Shown: positions 23,258 through 36,274 of the stretch, piece by piece
Layout of the letters: every line of letters begins with the position of its first letter
Position numbering within the stretch: position 1 is the first letter of the stretch
Assembly (NCBI GenBank): GCA_013115125.1
Contig: JABANN010000040.1
Location: forward strand, 62,001 to 108,851
Reading direction: 5' to 3'
Length of the DNA stretch: 46,851 bases
Source of the DNA: Perkinsus olseni
Lineage: Eukaryota
Made by a program: the position numbers and the translations under genes
The notes under the pieces: model-generated
Told to the model about the DNA's origin: nothing
The model's input: only the letters and a program-made list of their open reading frames with translations
The model's database searches: none

Positions 23258-26200
23258 TCACTTTGGCCGGCCGCCGAAGCACAGCCAAGCACGCCAGTCT
23301 GTAGCCTTCGCTCGAACGTACTGAAAGGAAGGGTGTCGACAAGAATAGTCAGAAGCAGTCCGGAGTGACGTACGGGCGCAGGCTGGTCATGAACAATTTG
23401 AACTTCCGTCGTTTTGACAATACCGTGGGGCAGCCATGGGTCTCTGTCCTTAGGAAGACTCAAGTCCACAGGGCCTCCGTTGATTGGCGCCTGTGTATCA
23501 GAGAACAGCTACTGTGGTGCGGTCACTGCTGAGCATACCGATACGCCGCACTTCTTGGCCCTCTTCTCCGGAGACAGCTCGTGAAACTTGTGGAATATCT
23601 CCCTCATCACCTCAACACGCCCCTCCAACTGCTCCATAGACCATGTGCCTGAGGGAGGAACTCTAGACAACAGTGCTCATCACTTCGCTCTACAATGCAT
23701 CGGTGCGACCCTTCTCAACGATAGCTAGCGATTAGCGCCCCTAATCGCTAGCTATCGTTGAGATGGTCCGCCCTCCTAATTTAGGGGGGAAATCACAAGC
23801 CAACTGCAAAAGCGAGTTGAGCAAGCACCAGGAATAAGAAGTATCTTAGGTCGACGATGGCCTTACACACTGATTTGTAGTTCTTAGTGTCCGGTTTCTC
23901 CAGTCTTGCCATCCTCACATTTACGATATCCGCTGGGTTGAAATCAGATTGTTGACCTTCTGCTTGGATGTGGTCCACAAAGACCTCAATTGTGTACTTA
24001 TACCTGCCTCCATATCCCTTCGAACACGTCAAAGGTAGCACGACTGTGGCGAGCCTTACGGTCGGACAGGATAGAGGTCCCGAGAGATCTCGTTAGCCTC
24101 GTCAACCAACGGCCACAGTTCCTTCAAGGCATAGCCAACCACCGCCTTGTACTGCTTGCTTGCACTGCCCCATCTGGCGGGGGCGTTGGACTTGATAGTC
24201 GTTGCCGAGGGATTATCACCTTTCCCTAGCTTTGGCGAAGTAGAATTCCAGTTCGGCAGGCACCTGGCCTTCGACCTGAGCCATGGCCTGCTCGAAGGTG
24301 AGGTCCTTCTCCTCCCTATGATTAGGGAGATGCAGCCGCACCATGATGGCCTTGCCAAGGAGGATGTTGTCCATATGATGCCTGCTGCCATCAATATCAC
24401 CCCCAATGCCGGGCCCAACTCTACTACAGCTTCTCCTTGTCTCCCGCCTTCAGTCGACGTCCGTTGAGCTGTACCGAGCCCTTCTCTGAGAGCATCTGTA
24501 TGCCGACCTTACCCTCACCAGGGCATACGAACTTGCACAGCGGCTCGTCGTTGGGCACGCCCAGGCCTCGTACCACAACCTACAGATCACTTCCGATCGC
24601 ACAGAGTGGATCCCGCCGTCCTAGTACCGCGCATTTGTGCTTATGACTGCCGACGAGGAACTCATGATGGCCATGAAGCGACCAGGCTAGGCTGCCACTC
24701 AATAGAGGATCCGATGATACATTGAGAAGGAAGGGGTGTTTCCTGTCCACCACGTCCTACAGGCAGAAGCATGACACTCTCCACAGCTAAGGCGTTTGTC
24801 GCTTACGCCATGCTTGATTCCCTTCTGCTTGAGATAAGCCTCTCTTTCCTTAGCCATTTGCTTGTTCTTCTTAAGCTGGTCGTGGAAGTCTGTCTGCATC
24901 AATGATATCTCCTGCTTGTTCGCCTCCAGCTCAGCCTAATAAAGGAGCCATTCACCCGACCTTCCTTCCGTCGCTTTTACCTTCAACTTTTTGATTTCCT
25001 CATTTTGTTCCTTCTCCTTGGCAATTCTATCTGGATCGTCGACACCCTTGGCCGCTAGCTGCTTCTTCAGGGCCTCCATAGCATGCTTCATAGCATCCAC
25101 ATTGCCAGCCTGATTGAACTGGGCGCTGCTAGCAATGCATCCCTCATCTAACGACCCATACCGCAGCTTGGTTCTGAACCGCCGAGGTCTGGACTTTCTT
25201 GACAGAAGTAGCGAATCTCAACGTCGACACGGTTTCGAAAACCTCCGATGCCGAAGGGGAGATAGCGGCAATCTGACGACTCAGACTCGCAGGAGCTGAC
25301 CGCCGAAACGAATCTCACCATGAAGGTTTTACTGTTGCCAGAGAGAGAATCCTTCAGTAGGAATGTGAGCTTAGAGTTACGGAAGGGCACATGGCCCTTT
25401 CCCTTGCCCTCAGAAAGTCGGGCTATGACCTGCTAGTACATGTCCCCTCCAATCCGCGCAAGTTATCTCACCTGGGCCAATGTCGACAGAGATTGGTTGA
25501 TGGCAATACCCTCCTTCAAACGACTGCCTTCGGATTGTGTCTTCGCCTGCCTCTCACTCCCAGCTAAGTCCACCAAGTTGATCCTGAGACCAGCCCGAGT
25601 GCACTACTGGTATGATACTCCGAGCAAAGCGATTACCTCGAGTGGAGATCTCCACCAGCATCCGAGCAGACCCGCTGGACTCTCAACGTGAAAACCGCGT
25701 GTGACCGTGACGACACAGCGTTCATGTTAGTCGCCCCGACGGCTCTAAAGCAGAAGTAGCAAGGAGCAAGGGTAGAAGGGTGGCATTACCTCTGGGCATT
25801 GCCGTAGTCTAGCAAGCCTTTAACGTCTTTCAACGACTCCACAGCAGCCTCGACGGCCCCCGAGATTATCACACCCTGCCCAGCCTTGTCATAGACAGCG
25901 AGGCCTTCCTCTGAACAACGGGAGAGTACTACGCCATATCGTTGATGGTTCCCTACCGTTGGCGTCTTCGTCCCCAGCCGCCAGAAGGTCCCTTATTTTT
26001 TCGTTGTAAATTTCCAAGTAGGAGACCCATACGTGAGTTTGAGGGTACTTAGCGTCCTTATGGGTGACTTTAGCGAAGAGTGCATTCGTTAGTCTCGGTA
26101 TCATACCTATCCCGATGATCAGAGGAACGGCCAAACTGACGGGGGTTTTTGGCCACCTGGATCGCCCGAGCCTCCAAGCATACTGTAACTCTTCCCGCTG

Positions 26201-26625
26201 CCTGTCTGTCCGTAAGCAAAGAGGCAGCCATTATAGCCGTCCATGGCGTTGTCTAGGATAGCCTTCCCAATGTCATCGTAGAGCTAAGATGCTCCGGCCT
26301 ACTACTCGCGCAACACACGCTCCTACTACCGTCGAGTTAGACGCTGGATGGGCGGTACTGTCCGTACTGTCGTAAGCGTAGTCGTAGAAGAAGGTCTTCC
26401 CAGCAGCCGGAGCTCTCCCTGTTGCTTTGTTGTTCTCTTTAGGCACGTCGCCAATCACTTGGCCTAACAGAAGCCACTGTAACGTACTTCCTTCACGTCA
26501 GGTGACGTACAGGCGTTGCCTTGGACCACAATTGACTGCTTTGCCCCTAGAGCCTTCTCGCGGTCATTGAATGGCCGCATGCGGATGGCCACTCGGATGT
26601 TATCATCCTTCTTAGCTCCACCCAT
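23258..26625 (-). CDS. Kinesin-3 family motor (KIF13/KIF28-like) with FHA-like region, multi-exon
   Basis: [73 protein letters not shown]; tail motifs [26 protein letters not shown]. Last exon inferred. Confidence 0.9.
23713..23763. repeat. Perfect 23-bp inverted repeat with 5-nt loop inside a kinesin intron
   Basis: TCTCAACGATAGCTAGCGATTAG-cgccc-CTAATCGCTAGCTATCGTTGAGA. Confidence 0.95.
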
Positions 26626-27502
26626 GTCTCGTAGGTATTCTGAGTTGGTTTGCGCCTTTGCAGCGGAGGCGTCTACAATCTTGCTACTCTTGCCTCTTCT
26701 TAACGATTTCCTCTTCAGCACGCCTCAGTTTACTTGAACCTCCTTATTGCGTAGTCTGCCTGTTGTCTAGCCCCTCAACATGGCGTGGGAGCGATCCTCG
26801 TTCTACACTTGAGCCAATCAAAACGAGTCTTCAGTATACACTCGCTTCGAATAGTATACTACAGTATACAGTAGGTGAATAGCTCACCGCACGCGTACAG
26901 TGACTGCACACGTCGCAGTCCACGTCGCGTGGTAACTCGCAGTCTCGACCACGCGAGGCTCGGCCAAGTTGGCGTCGCAGTCCGAAGCTTATTCGCAGTG
27001 ACGCTCGGAGCGTCGACCGTACCCCGAGGGTGATATTATCCTCACGGTACGGGAGATGAGATATGCAGGGATGCCGCTTCCATCATACCCAACTGCTCCG
27101 ATCCTTTGGCCACCAATGCAAATTTTTTCTACGAAAGTCTTCTTCGATACCCGAGAGTTGTGGTCGAGAGTCGTTACTTGTATTAAGCGTGGTTATACAT
27201 CGGGCCGAGACGTGTGTGACGGTGGTACGCGCAGCCCGAGGTGGATTGAAAGCTTTTCTGTTTGAATTCCCCCCTAAGGAAAGCTTCTTGACGAACTGCC
27301 TGATTTCGCGGCTTATTGACGCTACTGTACAGTGGGGCCCTGAATGAGCTCATTGGCTTCGGGTCTAAGCCGGAAGAAGCGGCGTTGGACTATAAACTCA
27401 CACTCACTCCCAACATAACAACAACATCATCATTATTCAATTCGTACAACTCGGGGCGATCAACAACACTGAGAGATCCTCTGGGGTGCATGACGCTCGA
27501 CG

Positions 27503-28753
27503 CTACATGAGAGCCTCCAGAGGACCAACATCGGTCAAGTGGACGATAACTTTCCACTCGAGTCCATCGGTAGCACTATCGTCACCGAGGTGTATCGTCC
27601 ACACTCCACCGTCGACACAGATGTACAGATTATCCAGGCGAAGTGGGCGTATCCCAATGAGTGCTTCTGCTGTGGCCAAATCAGGCGTGTGAGCTGGCAG
27701 ACCGTTGTAGGGCATCACCGGTGGTCGGTAACACCCGGTAGATGACGAGACACCGGATTCGTAGAGTTCTACCATCTCCTTCTTGGCAACGGGCTGGAGA
27801 TTAGGGAGGAGTAGTCGGGTGAACGAGTCGTCAATACTGGACTCGAAGGTCATGCCAACTGGGCCAGAACAAATAGTCTCGTTGCCAAGTTGTTCTACTG
27901 TACCCTCGACAATTACCTTGCCGGATTCTATTATACCCTCTTTACGGAACGGTTTGATGGCATCTGGAAAGCTTCCTGAGGTCGCCTGCAAAGTGGGCCT
28001 AGGAGAGGGCCGGTCGTCGAGTAAATTGACGCACTCGGCCGAGCCCTGGCCTACTGCCCTCGTCTGTCGAGCGCACGCCACGTTCTCATGTAAAATCGTG
28101 CTCGGGGAGGGCTCCCCTGCAGCTGCTGCTGATCTACCATTCTGTGTAGTGAGTGGGCTCGTGGAATCGAAGCTGCTACGACCCGTCTGCTCGCCATTCT
28201 GCGACTCAGCTGTTGGCGCCCTAGGGGATCGAACCTGTTCATGGCTTGCAAGGGCTGTTGTGCTGGGAAGGGTGGAGGAATCCTCAACCAGATAGACCGG
28301 GCAGTTGAGGTGGGTGAACCGGCTCTTGGACTCACGAGCGTCGAGATACATAACCAGATGACCATCCTTCATACAAAAAGGTATATGCGAAGCAAATTTA
28401 ACACCCTTCAATCGAGGGGCAACTCTCGGATAGGTGTGAGGGCCGTTGATGTAGAAACAGTTACCGGGGTTCAGAAGCTTCCGAAACTGGTTCACGGAGT
28501 ACTTTCGCAGGAACCCCCGAGCCACGACTGCCTTCCTACCACTTCGCTCAGTGTGGATCATTGTGGCCTTCCCCGATAGGCCATAGATGAATGAAAGCGA
28601 AACTTCTGCCATGTCGGGCCAACACTCTCTCGTGACATCGGTAGCATGTCCGACATAGAGACCCGGGGACAAGTCCTTATGTGGATAGGCGGTCGAGGAT
28701 GTCGCCCTCTCTATGAGGTAGGGTAGAGGGGAGAGGAAATGACGCAATGCCAT
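27503..28753 (-). CDS. Hypothetical 416-aa protein, intronless, probably lineage-specific
   Basis: Long ATG-initiated ORF; two globular-looking halves joined by a Ser/Thr/Pro linker; no family recognised. Confidence 0.6.
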   Translation of the reverse strand: MALRHFLSPLPYLIERATSSTAYPHKDLSPGLYVGHATDVTRECWPDMAEVSLSFIYGLSGKATMIHTERSGRKAVVARGFLRKYSVNQFRKLLNPGNCFYINGPHTYPRVAPRLKGVKFASHIPFCMKDGHLVMYLDARESKSRFTHLNCPVYLVEDSSTLPSTTALASHEQVRSPRAPTAESQNGEQTGRSSFDSTSPLTTQNGRSAAAAGEPSPSTILHENVACARQTRAVGQGSAECVNLLDDRPSPRPTLQATSGSFPDAIKPFRKEGIIESGKVIVEGTVEQLGNETICSGPVGMTFESSIDDSFTRLLLPNLQPVAKKEMVELYESGVSSSTGCYRPPVMPYNGLPAHTPDLATAEALIGIRPLRLDNLYICVDGGVWTIHLGDDSATDGLEWKVIVHLTDVGPLEALM

Positions 28754-29228
28754 AGTCGTCTTAAAGTTTAAGACTTAAGAGACAAGAGTTTGGTGACTAT
28801 CACTGATTGGACGATCTCAGGGGTTATCCTCTCAACCTGGCCCATCCGCGCAAGATGCTGGTCAAGGGAAGTTTCAGTCGCGCGAAGGAGGCCAGGGCGA
28901 TTCAAGCGAGCAAGGCATGGTCGGGCGGTTCTTTTCCTGATGGCGCTCGGTAGTTGTAAATTGGACAGTGAGATTTTCATCGTGCTTCCACTTTTGTGTT
29001 GTGCGATAGTGTAGGAATGGAGCCTAAAGCTCCGAGCTTCCCGTCGTCTTCCCCAATACATGAATACGATGCGAAAATACGCTCGTTTCTGATGGCTGCC
29101 CCCGAACTGATTGTTGCTTGCAGAGGAAGAATCGAACAGATGAACTGATCGAGTTAAAAGTCAATGCGCATGCGTGCACGCGCATCTGGAATCGATGGGG
29201 TTAAAATGCTGATTTTTGATAGACATCA

Positions 29229-29738
29229 CCTACTCTGGAAGGCCTCCGTACATCCTTAATCACGTCGAGTTCGGTGTGGACTGCACGTCTAGAATCGCTG
29301 TGGTCGGCGCCAATGGTTCGGGCAAGTCCACTTTCCTTAAGCTCCTCACGTCGGAGCTCGAGCCTACTGAGGGTGAGATCATGGCCAACCACGGCCTACG
29401 GGTGGAGCTCTTCTCCCAGCACTTCGAGGAGAAGTTGGATCTCGCCCTCACTCCGGTCGAGCAAATCTTGCAAGTCGGCCCAGGCTCGCCAAGAATGAGG
29501 AGGTGAGGTGCTCGGAAACATTTACGGTGGACCACCGGCGGGGGGCAGAAGGCCCGAGTGGAACTTCCCCTGTTGACCCTCCGAGCACCTCACCTCCTCA
29601 GTCTTGTCAAGCCTACCAACCATTTTGAAATTGAGACGATCGAGGCTGCTATCGGCCATACAGTGCCATCAGAGCAGATCCACTTCTCGAAGTCCAAGCT
29701 CTTGAATCAAGAGTCTTGATGAGCCTGGCGTCATGGGA
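29229..29738. pseudogene. Inverted, rearranged partial copy of the ABCF second nucleotide-binding-domain region
   Basis: 29229-29487 is the near-exact reverse complement of about 31947-32204, followed by degenerate pieces matching about 31570-31835 in alternating orientation. Confidence 0.85.
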
Positions 29739-30068
29739 CGCTAAATTAGCACGGCCAGGAACGAGTCCTGAGAAAGAACTGCAAGCAGAGAAGTTCGTAA
29801 TCGTGCTAGCCTTGCCTTCTCCTCACTCCACCCTTCCTCAATGCCACCCTGGAGCTCGGTTCACTGACTGAACGCTACGCTCTTCCTTGTTTGGAGAAAC
29901 GAGCGTGATAATGGTGGCGATGAACAATTAGTGAATATATTAGTACTAGAACACGGCAGTGTGGTATCATTGTCTGCTCGACAGCAGCTGCACGGCAGCT
30001 CATCGTCTTCTACGGCCCTTTGACTTCCCCTTGGCGGGCTTGTCATCAGCAACTTCCTCATGCTTAAA

Positions 30069-33000
30069 CTACACAACGGCAGCGACCGAATCGTCGTCAT
30101 CGTCATCCGAGTCTTCTGCGACCTTTCTCGCCCCTCGTCCATGACTCTTGTTCTTCTTAGCGAACCTAAGGTAACCCCACGATTTGACAGCCCCTTCCCG
30201 ACCGCTGACGAAACTCACTGTGCGAGGAAGGCATCCTCATCATCATCTGAATCGTCATCATCATCATCATCGTCATCCGAGTCGTACTCGGGAGGAGGTG
30301 TAGGAGCTCGGCGGCCCTTCTTTTTGTTTTGCTTGGCGAACCTGCACAGGTGCGAAAGGTATAGATGGCGTCGCTAGAAGGAGGCAGTACTGTGCAAGGA
30401 AGGCATCCTCATCATCGTCATCACTATCCTCCTCTTCTTCGCTATCCGAAGACACAACAGCAGCCTGCCGAGACTTGCCACCAGCGAACCTGAGGAGAAG
30501 AAACTCTGACTCCACAGGGAATCATCCGCGTGCTACATCGCCAAGTCCAGGTCACTGTCATCGTCATCCTCATCTTCCTCTTCAACCACCTCTTCCTGAG
30601 CGAACAAGATCATCCGTGTGGAACAGGCAAGAGACTCCCGAGTCGGGAGTCCCGACAGCAAATCAAGGTCAGATACAAGCATAAGGTAGAACAACGCCGT
30701 ATTCTCACCACAGGCTCCTCTTCCTTCCGCTTGCTCTTCTTTTCCTTCTTCTCCTTCTTTTCTTTCTTTTCCTTCTTCTTTCTTCTCTTGTCCTCCTTGT
30801 CGTCGCTATCCTTATCCTTCTTAGACTTCTTTTCCTTCTTCTCTTTCTTCTCCTTCCCTTCGCGATCCTTGTGATGGTGATGATGATGGTGATGCTTCTT
30901 GCCCTCAGTCTCCTCACTATCGATAGCCTATAAGTAGCCAGCCCCATAAAGCTCTTCAAGGCAATGGAAACATCAACTACCTCTTCGCTAACGGAGTCGA
31001 CCTCCTTGGACCGCTTCTTGTCTCCGGGGGCCTTGCTGATGACGGGTTTAGGTGTGGGCGCAACAGAAGTCGCGGCTACTGCCTCCTAAAATCACCACAC
31101 AACTCGACCCAATCAGAGCTCTCCCCAACTACACTTCCCAAACAGAATAAGACAGCGAAATCACCGGCTGATCTGGATCCGAATCAGCGGATCGATTGGC
31201 CCAACCGAAGCTACTACCTCCTTTTCCTTCTGCTCCTGAATCCTCTTCTTCTTAGCATCCTCCTTCCTCTTCTTCCTGGCCTCGTCCATCATCGCAGCTA
31301 TACCGAGCTTAGCCTTCTTCCCATTCTTAGGCCCAGTAAGCTCCAGTTTGGCTGGCTGAGTCGCAGCGGCAGCCTCTTCATCAGCCTTCTTTTTCGCTTC
31401 CGCAGCCACATGGGCGCTCTCCAGACGCTTGCGTCCCAACCGCGCGGCATGTCGCTCCATCTTAGACTTCCTATTGGCCTCCATCTGCTGTTCGACCCTT
31501 CTCTCCCGAGCCTCCACCTCCGCCAACACTCTATTGCGGTACTTGTCGAAGTTGCCGTTGAACCTCCACACAGTGCCATCAGAACAGATCCACATCTCAC
31601 AGTCCAAGCTCTTGATGAGCCGAGCGTCATGGGATACTACCACTACCCCACCGTCCTGAAGAGAAAGCGTGCCCCCCTCCCCCAATCGCCGATGAAAGCT
31701 GCCAACTTACGTATTCTTCCAAACTCTCGATGAGAGCTTCCACTGTCTCAATATCCAGATGATTCGTAGGCTCATCAAGAATAAGAAGGTGAGGTGCTCG
31801 GAGGCCCAACAGGGCAAATGCCACTCGGGCCTTCTGACCACCGGAAAGGTTCCCGATGTGCTTCACATGAGACTCTGATGGTAGACCATAGCGCCCTAGG
31901 ATCTGACGAGCCTTCTCCGGCGTCTTAACGGCAGCTGGGCCGGGCAAGCCTCGGCCGACTTGCAAGATTTGCTCGACCGGAGTGAGGGCGAGATCCAATT
32001 TCTCCTCAAAGTGCTGGGAGAAGAGCTCCACCCGTAGGCCGTGGTTGGCCATGATCTCACCCTCAGTAGGCTCGAGCTCCGACGTGAGGAGCTTAAGGAA
32101 AGTGGACTTGCCCGAACCATTGGCGCCGACCACAGCGATTCTAGACGTGCAGTCCACACCGAACTCGACGTGATTGAGGATGTACGGAGGCCTTCCAGAG
32201 TAGGAGAAGGAGACGTCCCGGAGCCCCAACCCGCCAAGGCGATCATCCTGTCCTTGACCCTTCAGGTTGAACTTCACCTTGTACTCCACGGGCTTGGTCA
32301 CATGAGCGTTCTTCTTCAGCAACGCCTCTCGGTCGGCTTTGCTCTTGCAATTTTTGAGCTGTCGCTGTAGTAAGTCCCATTCCTTCGTCTGCTTGGCAAA
32401 CTGCTGTTCGTGCATCCTCTGGAAGTCGGTGTAGCCGCCACGGTACCTACAATAGAGATTCTTCGGGCAGAACGCGACTCCGCCTGCCTCTCCTACTGCA
32501 TCAGCTTCTTGTTCTCCACTGAAATGATATCAGTGCAGACGCTATCGAGGAAGTCAGCATCATGACTAACAACGAGGACGGTGAAGGGGTACTCCTCGGC
32601 CAAGTAATGGTCCAACCTAAGATACGGCCAAGTCGGATCGGCGGGTGATAGTGTGTAACCGACCATAGGACTGCGTCCAGATCCAGATGGTTAGTAGGCT
32701 CATCAAGCATGAGAAGCTTTGGTTGCATGAACAACGCTCTGGCTAGCGACACACGCATGCGCCATCCTCCAGAAAACTGCCGTACAGGCTTCTCCTGGTC
32801 CCTTAAAAGAAAGACTGTGGGTACAAACCAACCTCCCCAAGACCCTCCCTATTACTCTGGTGTGAAGCCCAAACCCGCAAGGATTTTCCTGACCTTAGCC
32901 TCCTGCTTGTCAGCCTCCCGAGCCGACAAATCCTTAATAACCTCCTCCAGGCGGTCCTGCAGCTTCATAATATTCTCAGTATCAGCGGCCTTAGCCTCGT

Positions 33001-34434
33001 CATCAGCCGCCTCATCCAATTCCTTCATAATGTCATCTTCCTCCTTCAACAACTTCACTGTGGTAGCGTCAGCACTCAGCACCTCATCGATGACCTTATT
33101 TTCGGTGGCGTGGGCCTCCTGCTCGACCAGGAAGACATCCCAGGATTCCGATACAGGAATGGCGCCGTGTTGTATGTGTCTCAATAACGTTGTTTTGCCG
33201 TAACCGTTAGGGCCGAGAAGACCATACCTGTACGGAGCCCTCCAAACAATGATCTCGGAGATAGTATCTTACCTTCGACCCTGCACGATACGGAAACTTG
33301 CATCCACGAATAGCTGCTGTTTGGGTGCTGAGATAGTCAGACCGTCCACAGTAAGAGCGTTGTCATCGCACTTGATGCCTCCCTCAGGAATGGACATGGA
33401 ATAAGCCTCCAGACCGGTAGGAGGGACGTACCTGTCCCGACACGCTCTAACCTTCCCAAACCCCCTGTCACCAACAATTACCCAGCTCTGATGTTCTCTA
33501 CTCTCTTCTTTTCCTTCGCTTCCTGCTCGGCGACAAGAGTGGCGGTATCCGTAGCCTGCTTCTTTATTTGTGACAGCAACAGCTTGGTACACATAGTGTG
33601 GGTGAAATCAGGCCGGATAAAGATCAGGCGTCCCGCAGTACCTTTCCAGATGCATAATCAAGAGCGAAGAGAAGGGAGTCCTACCGAGGCGGACGTCCAC
33701 GTAAGGGAGCTCGTCGTGGATGTCCTCCTGCTTGGGAACAGCAACTTCTGCATAGTTAACTAGACGTACGTGACTGATGCTGGCATCGCCAGTGTAGGAA
33801 ACAACGTCATCGAAGGCATAGCTGAAAACAACGACCAGTGGCAGCCTACTGAAGACTCTTTCACTGATACTATTACTCATCGAACTTGAGCTTCCGAGGC
33901 TTGTCGCCTTCCTTGGCCGGCAGTATCTCGTCAACCTTCAGAGCCGATGCCTCCTCCTCATCAGGATCGTAGACCAAAGTGATGATCTGCGAGTCAGCTC
34001 AACCCCCACTGCATTGCCGTCGAATCCTTACCTGTGCGGTGAGCCGCAGCCGTAGAGTGACAGCCTCGGTCGTCTGCGGGCACTGGACGAAACCGAAACC
34101 CATAGTAGAACGGAAATCGCCCATATTGGTGAAGATGCACTCAGAGTCCTTCCCGAAGACCCTAGTGCCGCCAGTAGGCCGGACTTTGTTAACCTGACCG
34201 CAGTCGAATGGCCCGAGAGAAGAACGGTAAGGGCCGCATTACGAAGGTAGCATCATCACCGTCAATGACATCCACACGCTCGCCAAGCGCCTGTATGACG
34301 TCCCTCCGGTTGAGCATGTTGCCAGCGCCATCCATAACGAAGTCATTAGGGAAGGCCTCATCGTCCATCTGGTCGGCCCGCTTCTCCTCAGGAGTCCGCT
34401 TAGCAGCCCTCTTTGCCTTGGCAGCTTTACCCAT
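30069..34434 (-). CDS. ABCF-family ATPase (ABCF1-like) with long N- and C-terminal extensions, multi-exon
   Basis: Two ABC domains and no transmembrane segments: [64 protein letters not shown]. Flanking exons join in frame through canonical introns; the 3' boundary is less certain. Confidence 0.88.
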
Positions 34435-34768
34435 GTTATTGCTGTCGATAGAGCAGACAAACTAACCACCTCAAGCCCTCTTGCTCTTGAACTGAGAACG
34501 CAAAACACAGCGAAAGATAGTTGAAGACAGGTTCGGTCAGAAACAGTCCAGACCGCTGGGTTTCGTCCATGGTTCCCTCCCCACGACAACTTTGTCGACA
34601 CCGATGTTACCTCTATCGATGAATTTTGAAAAAATCTGAAAAAATCGCGCTTCGCTCCGCCGTGAGCGCAAGATCTATCGCAGCTCGTGTTGGGTCGCTC
34701 CAACCGGTGATTTCCGACTTTTTGCGGTCGAGCAGCGGCATCATCGTAGTTCAGCTCAACTACCGTAA

Positions 34769-36219
34769 ATGGACAGCCTTCTATTCTACTACGGCGGTGA
34801 CGGTGCCTCTTACTACTGCCCTAGCTGCACCGTAGGGTCCGGTCTCGGTCATCGATCGACCTCCCCTTGCAGGCGAGGGGCCGTCCCTAAAGAGCATACC
34901 TTCGCTGAGGTACGACCATCTCCCGTCGTCCTACCTGCCATCATCCCTTCAGGCCCTTGCTATGTACGAAAGAGGGGCAGGGCCGATCTCGGCCAATGGG
35001 CCCGGCTCTAGGCGGGGATACATGACCTTCGCCAATCCGACCCAGAAGGCTAAACCAACCATCAAGGAGGCTGCTACAAGTGCTCGGTGAGTCATCCTTC
35101 GAGGGACCCTGCGCGACTTATCCTCTTCTCTAGAGTCCATCGTCCAACTTTTTATGACGACTGCCGATCCTGTAGCCCAGTGAGGCACACCTCCGGTCTG
35201 GGCCCCTACTCTATTGCATCTAATAGTCCCTATGGTAGTGGGTCGGGGTACAATCAGCGGTGTCTTCGCTCACGTTTCCTGCATTCAGCATCGGTTTCGA
35301 GTAGAGGGTTAGCGAGGACACCCTCACGACCAAGGTGATAGTATCTTTGTTGAACTCACGTTCATCGTAATCCCTTCAGAACCTCCGACACGACAGCCAG
35401 CTCCCGTCGCCCTCGGACCCGGTCATCGAGCAGGACGGGCTCAGCTCCTCTCGACGCTACTAGCCGGCTGACCAGAGCAGCTGAGGCAAAGAGCCTGCCC
35501 TGGTGGGCAACCGCCTTCCCAATCGATTCATCATCGCCTTCCAATTGGGACTTCGGTGATGCCACGGCTAGACCGCCTCCGTATCGGGAAGTCGACAGGA
35601 CAGATCCCGGACCGGAGGTGGGGCTCCACATTGAACCAAGACCGGAGATGGGTGTCGAGACTGGTAAGTGCGAGCCTTGGCTGCTGACTGTCTTAAAAAC
35701 CAAAAGATTAGATGCTGCATTACCCTCGGGAGGCGAGCCACTAGAGCCACCGCTAAACGTCATCCCAACCCCGTTGAGCGACCATCATCAGCGGTGTCCA
35801 TCACGGAATCAGCTCACGTCGGGGGAGCGGTTCAATGGGTTGCATCGCTTCCTTCTGAAGACCCACTTACGGTGTATCGTATCGGGACTGCTGGACCATG
35901 TAGTAGTGGGGCCTGTCTCACGGGGTGGCCTTGAACCCACCGGGGTAGATTGAGGAGGGGCTGTGGGCCTCGGGAAGGGCCGGCGTCGATGCGATCTCTT
36001 ATCAGGGACTCATTACGCATGCCGAGCAAGTGTCCCTGTTGCTTCTATTGGAACTTGGGGAGGATGCCCGACGACTATCGGCCATAGAGCGCGCTTACAC
36101 GGCTTACATTCACCATGAAGTGGGTCTGATGACGGTTAGAAGCGTGTAGAATTCGCTTCTCTTCTTAGCGAGCCGAGGAATTCGCGGAGGCCCTTAGGCT
36201 AGCAGCGTCACCGGTTTGA
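34769..36219 (+). CDS. Hypothetical protein, multi-exon
   Basis: An open frame can be built from MDSLLFYYGG to ..LAASPV* using about six short canonical introns; no motif recognised. Confidence 0.45.
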
Positions 36220-36274
36220 CCTTGTGTGCATGATTTGCTCCTGTTCGCCCGGCTAGAGTTGAGGTGGAGGGAGG

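Noticed and set aside
26808..26820. TTGGCTCAAG on the minus strand, matching the 3' end of the Perkinsus/dinoflagellate spliced leader
   Set aside because: Only 10 nt match; the gene is intron-rich, so not a retrocopy; GAGCCAATCA also occurs at 43404 and fits a CCAAT box or chance equally well.
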